This document shows positions 36,745 to 48,897 of a stretch of DNA of 64,000 nucleotides, in pieces. This DNA is from Tubiluchus corallicola. Its lineage: Eukaryota; Animalia; Priapulida. Under the pieces are notes generated by a model. It was given only the letters and a program-made list of their open reading frames with translations. It searched no databases and was not told the origin of the DNA. The DNA is taken from contig JAQGDQ010000242.1 of the NCBI GenBank assembly GCA_030141605.1, positions 1-64,000 of the forward strand, in the 5' to 3' direction. How positions within the stretch are numbered: position 1 is the stretch's first letter; each line of letters begins with the position of its first letter. A program made the position numbers and the translations under genes.

Positions 36745-39700
36745 ATGTCGTCTCAGGGACGACCAATAAAATGTGTTGTGGTTGGAGATGGAACTGTGGG
36801 AAAAACATGTATGCTTATCTCATACACAACTGATAGCTTTCCTGCTGAATATGTGCCTACAGTGTAAGTGCTAATACATTGTCGTTGGTGCTTTGCTTAG
36901 TATGTGGTGATTTTACTGTAATTGTAATTTTTATGGTTGGTGCACATGTACAATTGTTTTTGCACTGCATCAGTGGCTGTTACTGCTGCTCAAAGTAAAA
37001 CTTTTAGCACTGTTTATTAGGATGACCTATTTATAAATTACATGTTTATAGACTTATAATGTTTAATATCCTGTTATTATAGCTTAACTATTTATCAATT
37101 TAAGAAAATAATTAGATTAAGCTTGAAAGACCAGTGTATTATAACACTGTGGATGCTATGGTGCACTGGATAAATTATCCAGTATGTAAACACTAATAGT
37201 AACTGACTAGGAAGAACTCATGAACTAGGAATTTTCATGGTAAAATCTCTCCACTCATCATAATGCTTTGCTAGTATTTTAATAAGTCACCCTCATTAAA
37301 ATGTTGTTGTGTGCCCATGTTAACTTTGTTCTCAATTGTGATAGAAATCGTTGGTAAATGAGACTTCTAATCTTAATGAACAATAATTCTATAGTAAGCA
37401 GCACATATTAACAAACTTGTGATAGTCTGACTCTGTAGTTTGATGAGTATAAGGTCACAGGAATGATTAAAGATGATTTTTCCCAAGGCACACATTCACT
37501 GGACAGAAATCAGGGGCAAAAGTTTTACATTGTGGTTGTAACATTTCTCACCATTGTAAAACATCTCTTACTGTGGAAAACAGCACTGAACTACGAAAAA
37601 TGGTCCGTTTCTTTTACTTTAGCGATGGTACAATTTTCTCTTGTTGAACTTTACTTTGCCAGCCAGTTAACATAACTCAACTAACACACAATAATTATTT
37701 CTTCTAATCAAGCTATAATAAACAGTTTTTAATACTGCAATATTATCTCAACTAACACACAATAATTATTTCTTCTAATCAAGTTATAATAAACAGTTTT
37801 TAATACTGCAATATTATACATAATCTAAACCAAGCCAATTTGATTATAGTTGTTTTTATTATGACGATAGCGTAGAGTTGATACACTCACAATCCACGGT
37901 AGAAGAAAAAATTATTATGTATTGTCTATGAAAGGTTATAATTTCGATAATCAATGACATACGCCATTCTAATAAAATAATTTGCTATTAAGTTATCACA
38001 CTTGTTTTTAACTTATTTTAGGTGACATTCTTGAAGATTGTCAACAGGCTTAAAGTCAAGTGAAAGAGCTAGAAGTTTCACTTAGGCTAACTATAAATTT
38101 CTCGAGAACCGCATTTGTGTATTTATCATTAAATACATTTTTTCTTAAATATCAAGAATTCACGATCAAGTGAAGGCCTTATAACAGTTGTGCAAATTAC
38201 CTGGTTGAAATAAAGTTTTCTATCCTCCTTCATAATTACACACGTGTGTCACTTTGTACACCGTTACATCAATGTGACGATTTTTGAGTTCATAAAGAAA
38301 AAGTGACAATTGCATAGTGCAGCTACATCATTATCTCATTTATTTGCTAAAAGTGAGTACGGGGTTCAGTTTGTCTGGTATCTTCTCACGTGGTGGCTAC
38401 GCAGTCTGGTCTTTACAGCACATTTCTTGCCTATTTTTTACATCTTGGAAAATTGAAAAAAGTTTGGTTATCAGCATTCTGTTTCCTTGATTCTTTCTAG
38501 GTGACCTTTGCTTGGCTATTTTACATGGTGGCGATTGACATATCGTAAATCTGCCCAGTGGGAATAATCCCGTTGTATTGCTTTCCCAAATATTGGAATA
38601 TAAATCACCTGTCTGAAGATGACCTTTAGAATGTTCTTCAACTGATTCTACTGTCCACGAGAGCGTCTTTTTCTTAACTCAGCAATTATTGCCTTTTAAT
38701 CAAACTTGTTACTGGTAGCAAAGTGAAACTGCAGACCTAAAGTTGGATATTTCTGTTTAGTATTGTGTGTGTCTTATCGTTGCATTCTATAATGTTCATT
38801 AATGACTGACAACTTATTAATTTTTAGGTTTGACAATTATTCTGCAGCTATGATGTGTGATGGCATACCAGTTAGCCTAGGATTGTGGGATACTGCGGGT
38901 CAAGAGGATTATGATAGGTTACGCCCTCTTTCTTATCCACAGGTAAGCTTTCCAAACTGCTTCAACGACTGTCATTGAACGATTCCTAAATCGGCTCGTC
39001 TTGAAGATGACACAGTACTAGTGTTAATTCATTCGGTTTGTGTTTCATTTTCAGACGGATGTATTCCTTATATGCTTTAGTATTGTTAGTCCATCGTCAT
39101 TTGAAAACGTAACAACAAAGTGGTACCCTGAGATCAAGCATCACTGCCCTGAAGCTCCACTCATTTTAGTAGGTAAGTTGATTGAAGAGAGTGATAAATC
39201 ATATTTTAGTAGCCTGTGTTATTATTTATTAGTCTCGATGAAGTGTGAACTAAATTAAGCATTTTGGTTAAATGTTTCCCAAAAGAAGCAATATTATACC
39301 CTTGTACCACTATAAGTTACTTGTATACACCCGTCTACTCTGGTGCGCAGGTCTCCTTACAGGGATGTTTAAAGTAAAACCTGACCCAATATTAAACTCT
39401 AGGTCAAAAAATTCTACTCTTTAAAATATTGAAACGAAATATATTATTTTTTCAAAAATGACTTATGTAAAAGAATTATTACCACACAAACACAATTTCA
39501 CGTTCGCGCCACTAGTTCTTCGCTGTTACGTGCATTTCGCCATTCAAATTCGCTAGTTAGACGGGCAGTAGCACCTGCATTTTGTAAACACATTACACAA
39601 AAACAGGTGCTGTACCTCTTAGTTCAGATGTGTTACTTTGTGACGAACTACACACGTTCGACTTCTCATAGCACAGCTGTCAATTTGAAATTTGAATTTT

Positions 39701-42700
39701 TTTTAAGACTTGCCTAGTTTTAGTACAACACAGTGAATATCTTGTAGTAGCACTGTACTTCAATTTTCGCTTTCGCAAACACGTGCAACACGCTCGTAGA
39801 ATATGTTTGTTGGTAAAAATTATGTTAGTTTAAGATGTCATCAATAGTTGGGCTTGCCTGTCGTTAATTAAGTTTTTAGTCCGTTATCAGAAATGCTTTT
39901 GCAGTATTAATCATGTTAAAATGTCTCCTAAAAGGGAGGGAGAACTAGAGATCTTACATTTTTCAGAAAATATTTAATTGCACTATAAGTGTCATGTAAA
40001 ATACAAAATTACTACAAACTAAAAAAACTGGTTTTAAGTTCTGTTTACGTTTCTTGCTTTCAGATTACTTCTGTGAGAAATTTTGGTTTTTGAATTACAA
40101 ATTTGAATGGGTGGTGGTGGTGTAGATCGTTAGTGGAGATCAGTAGAAATTTGAATAACTGTTGCTGAGCTAACACCGAGTTAACATTGTTGTTCTCAAG
40201 GGATTTCCTTGTGTTTTTCAGTTTTCTAACACATGTTTCGACTATTTATAGAAAACTGCTTAAAATTTCATAATATTTAGTGCTAGTTCATAATAACGAA
40301 ACACCTTTTCCAAAAAAATAGTGTTCTCTCAGTACGATATATGCTTTCATTGGATGTTTTCAAGCATATTTAACCGAATTCCTGGTAAAATGGGGTTTTG
40401 TAGTATATAAATTCTTGCTAGTAAACTAGGACCAGTACAATATGTATGTTTTCATTGGATGTTTTCAAGGCAAATTTAACCGAATTCTTGGTAAAATGGG
40501 GTTTTGTAGTATATAAACTCTTGCTAGTAAACTAGGACCAGTTGTTGCTAATCCGTAGCCATTTGTAGCTCAAGAACCCTGTGCTTCACCAGGTGTATAC
40601 ATGTGATGTATCTTTGGACCACTTCATGACGTATTCAGTAGTAGTCTTCATGACCAGTATACAGTTCATGATCAATTCTGTAGTAATCTGTCCAAACTGA
40701 CATTTCAACTAATCTGTTGTAGCGACAAAAAACTAACTAAGCTTTTAGATTAGATAATTTACTTGAATCCTAGCTACACAATGTAGTGCTGTAGGTTCTG
40801 TATACAGCTAAAGAAAAGCCTATCTTGTGTGAAGTGAAACTCGTTACTGCTTGACTTAATTCAGTACACTCTCTAGCCTAATCTCTTAGTATTAATTGTA
40901 GTTTTCATAAAAAAGGTTATCAAATGACATAAAACTTTGGGACCAGAGGAATGGTCGACACTGTGTTCGCAGCCAAGTAGCATTGCGCCTGGTTAAGAAA
41001 AGGAAGGGTGACCACTGGGAAACATTCTTAGTGCCGTATGTGTAGTACCAATGGCCATTTCTCTCATTTAGAAATGATGTACTAACATGTGAAAATAATC
41101 AAGATGTACAATTATCCTTGGTTATGACTTACATGCTGGTCCTGCCACACACGTCTGCCATTGTGCTGGACTACACACGTATGAGAACAATTTAAACCTT
41201 GTTAGTTTTAGGTTCTGAATGCTTTAGGACTTAATGCTTATATAGCATTTTTATGTGCTGAAATAAACTTTAAATTAAATTAAAATAAAAAAACCCGTAT
41301 AGTGTGCAAACTTCCCTAGCCTCCCTTGCCGGAGCTAACAGGACTCCCTGGGTTGATGTTGGGTACTCCTTGTTGCACTTGGAGATTGTCTTAAACATTT
41401 TTCCATTTGTTTGTCTTGATAAAGCTAGGTTAAGCTATTTGGATACCATCTGATACAAAATCGAAGTAGATTGTGCCTGGCAGTGTTGTTTATGAGAGAG
41501 AAAGTGTAGCATAAATGATATGTGACTCTGGTCTCTAGTGATTGATGTTGAACAGCTGAGTACAGGGTTTCAACTCTGACTTGGCTTCATTACTCGCTGT
41601 ACGTGCAGGCGTATTAAAACATCAGCAAAACATTTGAAAATTAGAACCAAATGTGTTATAGAAAACACTGACTGTGATGTTAAACAAACATTCGACTATT
41701 TTTAATTTGACCTAAATAGAATTTATTAATCATTTGTTCTGCATTTGCATTTTTCTTAGAGTTTAATTAGCATGTATGTATGTAAGATTTGATACACTAA
41801 TTTAATTATTTTTTCCTGTCCTTTTTTGTAATCCTATGATGTAGTTTACATTTTAAAGTCATTATGTTGTGGAAGAATGTTAAAAGGTTAACAATCTGTA
41901 ATTTTCTCAATTGTTGTAGTACTTGCCTTATAATTCATGCTTGTCGTAAAAGCTAATCAAATTTGCAGCTGTTTATGTGTATTGCTGCTGTGTTTATTTA
42001 CAGTATGTGTGCTTATTTTTCATGCCAGCTGCCCTAGCACTGGACGGTGGTCATTGGCCGCCATTTGAAACCTGTGTGAATATAGCATAGGACCGCTTGA
42101 GGTTGAAATCTATTCGGAATGTAGTAATGAATTTCACCCTTGGGCGAGTCGGTGTGTGTCACTGTACCTTGATTTTGCTGAGCAGTTCGTGCCTTCTCTG
42201 CCAATTTGCATATACTTTTCTCAAAGTGCTGAAGGACATTGTCACTGCTTTAGCTAAACCTTTTCTTGACGTTCTCTATGTTTTAGCATAACATTCCCAT
42301 GTTCCTTGTTCTTTTTTGAACAACACTGTCATGTATATTTGCATTAAAACGTTGGATTTGTTTAATTAAGGACATTCAGTAAGGGTGTAATACAAAATCT
42401 ATTTTTAAGACAAATTCTTTAGTAAAATGTGCAAAAGTGGGACTGCTAATGTGTCTTCTGTTGAAGTTTTAAACATTTGGTGGCAAAAGTGGCTCTTGTC
42501 TGAAGTACTTTTCTTACTACTTTTGTGCAGTGGGCGGGTGACCTGTAAAAATGGCGTCTGCACTTAACTAGACTGTATTTTGCCAGACTCAGTTTATGGC
42601 TTTTAAGTTCTTCTCTTCTTTTGCAGTCTGTTACACCCAGAAACACCTCAGGGATCCCTGGGGATGAGTTACTTACATGACCACTGCTGCAAGCTGACCC

Positions 42701-45700
42701 ATGTCCTAGTTGTCCTGTAATGTGTGTGCATCGTGCTGGGTAGTGTTGAGATCATTGAACTGATTGCTGGCAAACTTGAGTTTATTCTAACTCATTATAT
42801 GGATTATATCTCAAAGTAAATTATAATATCCTATGTCTGCTGTTTTTAGTTTTACTGAGCCAATGTTTTTAGTCTTACTGAGCTAATGTTTTTAGTCTTA
42901 CTGAGCTAATGTTTTTAGTCTTACTGAGCTAATGTTCTTAGTCTTACCGAGCTAATGTTTTTGAGTCTTACCAAGCTAATGTTTTTAGTCTTATCAAGCT
43001 AATGTTTTTGAGTCTTACTGAGCTAATGTTTTTGAGCCTTACTGAGATAATGTTTTAGTCTTACCAAGCTAATGTTTTTAGTCTTACTGAGCTAATGTTT
43101 TTAGTCGCACCAAGCTAATGTTTTTAGTCTTACCAAGCTAATGTTTTTAGTCTTACTGAGCTAATGTTTTTAGTCGTACCGAGCTAATGTTTTTAGCCTT
43201 ACCAAGCTAATGTTTTTAGTCTTACCAAGCTAATGTTTTTGAGTCTTACTGAACTAATGTTCTTGAGTCTTACTGAGCTAATGTTTTTAGTCTTACCAAG
43301 CTAACGTTTTTAGTCTTACTGAGCTAATGTTTTTGAGTCTTACTGAGTTAATGTTTTTAGTCTTACCAAGCTAATGTTTTTAGTCTTACTGAGCTAATGT
43401 TTTTGAGTCTTACTGAGTTAATGTTTTTAGTCTTACCAAGCTAATGTTTTTAGTCTTACTGAGCTAATGTTTTTAGTCGCACCAAGCTAATGTTTTTAGT
43501 CTTACCAAGCTAATGTTTTTAGTCTTACTGAGCTAATGTTTTTAGTCGTACCGAGCTAATGTTTTTAGTCTTACCAAGCTAATGTTTTTAGTCTTACCAA
43601 GCTAATGTTTTTGAGTCTTACTGAACTAATGTTCTTGAGTCTTACTGAGCTAATGTTTTTAGTCTTACCAAGCTAACGTTTTTAGTCTTACTGAGCTAAT
43701 GTTTTTGAGTCTTACTGAGTTAATGTTTTTAGTCTTACCAAGCTAATGTTTTTAGTCTTACTGAGCTAATGTTTTTAGTCTTACCGCATAAGTGTTTTTA
43801 ATCTTATTGAGCTAATGTTTTTGAGTCTTACTGAGTTAATGTTTTCAGTCTTATTTAGCCATTGCTTTTAGTTTAACTGAGCTAATGTTTTTAGTCTTAC
43901 TAAGCTAATGTATTTAGTCGTACCAAGCTAGGGTTTTTAGTCTTACTAAGCTAATGTTTTTAGTCATACTGAGCTAATGTTTTAGTCTGACTGAACTATT
44001 AGTCTTACCGAGCTAATGTTTTAGTCTTACCGAGCTAATGTTTTAGTCTTACTAAGCTAATGTTTTTAGTCTTACTGAGCTAATGTTTTTAGTCGTACCG
44101 AGCTAATGTTTTCAGTCGTACTGAGCTAATGTTTTTAGTCTTACTAAGCTAATGTTTTTAGTCGTACCAAGCTAATGTTTTTAGTCTTACTAAGCTAATG
44201 TTTTTAGTCATACCGAGCTAATGCTTTTCGTCTTACTGAGCTAATGTATGTTACAGACAACTGACTATACTGCGTTATATACCATTTCATTTTGCCACTT
44301 ATTCTAACAGCATACTCATCTTCCATTGTAACACAGCCAGGCTGACTGATGATATTATTAACTGCTCATTACTGGGTCACTTTCACTTTGTGGAATGAAT
44401 GCAGCACTTTGTGTTGTCTAATAGTAATCAATATGTGATGAAAGTTGGGTCTGTAATATCCATCCACACTGCATCAGATTATGCATTGCGCACGAATTAG
44501 AAAATAATACTTCTACGACATTCTGTCTGAAATAGCAAAATCTGCTTTTCTTGACGCTTTGTGAAAACAGTGTTAGAAAACTAAAACAAAAAATTAGCAA
44601 GTGGAAGAGTTAACCTTTATATGGAAAGTACAGTACCTGTTATTAAATGATAATGTGCTTGAAAATGATGATTTGCTTGACACCTCTTATGTTAGTGAAC
44701 TAAACCAGGTTCACAATGAATAAAGTTGCTGCTAAGCAGTTCTGATACTAGCACATGCATTGTCAGTGGTCCAGAAACACTGTCTTGTTCCTAGTTACTG
44801 GTTTAATAGTGCTAGATGCAGTGTAGGACTACAGTAAGCTGGGCTTCTTTTAATTCGATATTTTTGTTTGTAATTTTATGTGCAGCAGATTTCTAAGAGT
44901 TAATTGAACACGAGCTTTCATGCCATCACACTAGTGGGAGGTTCTGTCTCAATATCGGTCTAACAATGGGTCTCCAAAATGGGCAGAGAAAAATTATTGG
45001 ATGTAGTAGAAAAATTTGATTGATTTAAGTAACAAGTATCAGTTTCTCAATCTTAAATTTGACATATATAACGGGCACGTTGAGTCGCTCAGTCTGTTTC
45101 TACCCATCCTTGCCCGCCCCCTGGTGTTTTAATGTGCCACTGAATGTTATAGTAAATATACAAACTTGTAGTACTGAGCAGCTGTTGGGCCGAGGCACCT
45201 TGATACTTCCAGTTTGATGTTTTTGTATTTCATTTTGTTACGATCTTTCGTGTCACTTAAGGTTTAGTTACTGCACCGAGTTTTTTCAATGTATCTTTTC
45301 TTTACTTCATTGTCTTTGCATTCTTTTTTACAGTATCTTTTTCTTATGTATTATAGTTTGTTGGGTATACGTAACAAACGTTCATACTTTCTGTTGTAGC
45401 AGCATTCTTCATCATGGAAGCTTAAAGAAAGTTCTTCACTTTCTTCAAATTGTTTTCGTTTCTCTGATTTGAACCCTTTGCTCAGATCAATTCACCGTTT
45501 TCGGTGTTCAGCGACACAGCTGATCCATTCAGTATTAAATAACAAAGGTTGCATTCTGTGCAGCTGTTCATGCGTAGATTATATTGTGGTTGTAAAATGT
45601 AAAGATCAACGTTTCTCAATTTCCTTCTTGGCACGTGCCTGTGGTTTACAAACATCTTACATTTTCCTTTATATTGTCACCAATAAAATGTCGTACTTAC

Positions 45701-48700
45701 TAACAGGGCTTGTGTTACGGAGTGGTGTTACTATGGAATTTCTTTTTAAATTTTCCTCATACGTCATATTATCATACACGAGATAAAGTATGGCCTTCCA
45801 CCTAAAGCTAATCAAACCATGATACGGTTTAGTTTAGTGTATTATAAGAGTATAAGTTTTAAATTGTTCAATATCTTGTGAATACCTATGAGATTTTTCT
45901 GAAAATCACAGAATATATCACACATACTGACATACTTGTGGGACTATGAGCTTTGTAATGTTATGACTATGACTACTGGGTGAGCTGCAGTTTTTAATGC
46001 AAAAGAATCTTTTTATTACTTTCGATTTTTTTAGAATCTTGTTACACTGTTTGAGGCGCACGAGTACCTCATTAATAAAAAAAAGGGCCAATTTGCTTAG
46101 CTTGGTCACTCTCTTTTGTAACTAGACCTAATGCATTGTCCAATGCTTTAGACTGAATACTTTCTTATGTTTGCAAAAATTGAACTGAATATTGGTTAAG
46201 AGTTGGCCTTTAACTAGGAAGTACTTTTAGTAATATAGTAATGTTAATGTGCTTGTACATGATGATTAGTTTGACACCTCTTATGTTAGTGAACTAACAC
46301 AATGTTATTCACAATGAATAAAGTTGCTGCTAAGCAATTCTGATACTAGCACATGCTTTGTAAGTGGTCCTTAAACACTGTTTTGTAATTGGTGTAATAG
46401 TGTGAGATCCACTACAGGACTACAGTTGGCTGCTCTTTTAACTAATAATGTTTTTGAATAAAATTGGTGCTGAACAATTCTGTTGCCAGCATATAACAAT
46501 GAAGTCTCCATGCAGTAATTTCGATACTTTATATTTCTCTTTACTATTTCTCTACTTTTTCTCTTTACTATCATTTATATTATTAAATATTTTGCTTATT
46601 CTGTCCTATATATACAAAACCTAAGTGCTTTATGTATGTCAGCTTTACAGTAGCTGTGAAATAACAATAAAGGGTTTCTCATGAGCATTAGAGAGAAAAA
46701 ATCCTTTCCTTTTGTATATGAAGTATCACCAAGTTTGCTCTTTTTAGAAGCTATGTGGACTTGAGTTAAGGAATAATCAAATCATGATACGGTTTAGTGT
46801 ATTATAAGAGTATAAATTTTAAATTATTCAATATCTTGTGAATACCTGAGATTTTTCTGAAGATCACAAAATATATCACACATACTGACATACTTGTGGG
46901 ACTATGAGCTTTATAATGTTATGATTATGACTACTGAGTAAGCTACAGTTTTTGATGCAAAAGGATCTTTTTATGACTTTCGATTTTTTAGAAACCTGTT
47001 GCACTGTTTGAGGCACATGAGCGCCTCATTAATAAAAAAAGGACCAATTGTCCACTGCTTCAGACTGAATACTTTCTTATGTTTGTAAAAATTAAACAGA
47101 ATATTGATGGGGTTAAGAGTTGACCTTTAACTAGGAAGTACTATTAGTAATATAGTAATGTTAATGTGCTTGTACATGATGATTAGTTTGACACCTCTTA
47201 TGTTAGTGAACTAACACAATGTTGTTCACAATGAATAAAGTTGCTGCTAAGCAATTCTGATACTAGCACATGCTTTGTTAGTGGTCCTTAAACACTGTTT
47301 TGTAATTGGTGTAATAGTGTGAGATCCACTATAGGACTACAGTTGGCTGCTCTTTTAACTGTTTTTGAATAAAATTGGTGCTGAGCAGTTCTCTTGCCAG
47401 CATATAACAATGTAGTCTCCATACAGTAATTTCGATACTTTATATTTCTTAGCCAGTTCAGTTATGTTAAGAAGGAATAATTTTATCAAACGATTCATTT
47501 TTTTCTCTTTACTATCATTTATATTATTAAATATTTTGCTCATTCTGTCCTATATATACAAAACCAAAGTGCTTTATGTACGTCAGCTCTACGGTAGCTG
47601 TGAAATAACAATAAAGGATTTTTCATGAGCATTATAGAGAAAAAATCATTTGCCTCATCAAGTGAATCAATCATCACTTGGTGATGAAGCATCATCAAGT
47701 TTGCTCTTTTTAGAAGATATGTGTACCTGAGTTAAGGAGCGCCAGTGAATTGTGAAATATGGGTTGCATGCTTATTGTTATAGTCTGTTTATATGAACAG
47801 GAGTCTATCAGGACTTTATGATCTGATAACAGATTACAGAAAACTTGAGTTAGCCAGATTCGTGTCAAGTGGAACTTCAATTAGAATTGGACTTCCCATA
47901 TGTTTTAAAAGCTGAAAGCTTAGCAAAGATTCTGCATTGTCGTTCCTTAAAAATCTTCTAAGAATTTCCAAGGTGGAAGACATACGTAATACATTCATTG
48001 TATTATTATTGCCATTTTCTGTGAACCGTTGTTTTTTTTGTACACAACTTTGTGTTATTCTTGAGCTAATATTTATTATTCCTGTTTTCCACTTCCAGGA
48101 ACAAAGCTGGATTTACGGGATGACAAAGAAACATTAGCCATGCTTTCTGAACAGGGACTGTCACCCATCAAGCGAGAGCAAGGGGTCAAAATGGCATCAA
48201 AAGTGCGAGCTGTAAAATATATGGAGTGTTCAGCATTAACGCAACGGGGACTCAAACAGGTACTCACACTCATTTTCCACAAAAAAATTAGTAAAGAAAC
48301 TTGTTACTTTGTCCGTCTATGCTGAGATAAAGAAAATTGTGACTACTGTCCTATTTATCAGTCATGAAAAAAGTGAAAATAAGATTTCAAAAATAGGAGG
48401 CACAGGATTTTGTTACTGGTCTATAAGTTATGAAAAAATGCCATTGTTAGTTTTTTCATGTTTTTGCAACTTAATAATGTAATTAAATTTTTTCAGCTCA
48501 TGCATTTTTATATTTAATTGCAATCACTCGGGATGGACAGATCCAATAAATGCACAAACGTAATACTATATTAGAAAATCTAAAAAATTTTGCACCTCTA
48601 CTGGGTATGGTACCCAGGAATTTCTGCTTTCTTGGCACTTATGCTAAACATCATAGAGGCACTTGGGCTTTTCAGACTCAAAAATTTACACTATAAGTCA

Positions 48701-48897
48701 GTGGAGGTTTAGCAAGTGGTGTTTAAATGAAGAAAACTGTGACTACACTGTGTATCTTATTACTGTAAAGCATTAATATATCCTGTTTGAACCGGATGTC
48801 ATTTCAATGTTTTTTGCAGGTGTTTGATGAAGCTGTTCGGGCGGTGCTCAGACCGGAAACGCAGAAGCCCAAGCAAAGGAGGTGCCGAGTACTGTGA
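36745..48897 (+). CDS. Mtl: Rac-related Rho GTPase of the Mtl/MIG-2 (RhoG-like) type, 196 aa, 5 coding exons
   Basis: Exons 36745-36863, 38828-38942, 39055-39172, 48099-48259, 48820-48897. [33 protein letters not shown] (the [11 protein letters not shown] form is typical of Mtl/MIG-2), [31 protein letters not shown], CaaX box CRVL. Confidence 0.93.
37675..37815. repeat. ~71-bp tandem duplication
   Basis: CTCAACTAACACACAATAATTATTT...TTAATACTGCAAT occurs twice. Confidence 0.9.
40343..40542. repeat. ~104-bp tandem duplication
   Basis: TTTCATTGGATGTTTTCAAG...GTAAACTAGGACCAGT occurs twice. Confidence 0.9.
42841..44247. repeat. 23/24-bp minisatellite, ~60 copies, with a 372-bp higher-order repeat
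   Basis: Unit GAGCTAATGTTTTTAGTCTTACT; rare variants recur 372 bp apart (for example GTCGCAC at 43104 and 43476). Confidence 0.97.
45810..47738. repeat. ~965-bp tandem duplication in Mtl intron 3, with a third partial copy at ~44655-44852
   Basis: 45810-46772 aligns with 46775-47738 with substitutions and indels; TGACACCTCTTATGTTAGTGAACTAA appears three times. Confidence 0.92.
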
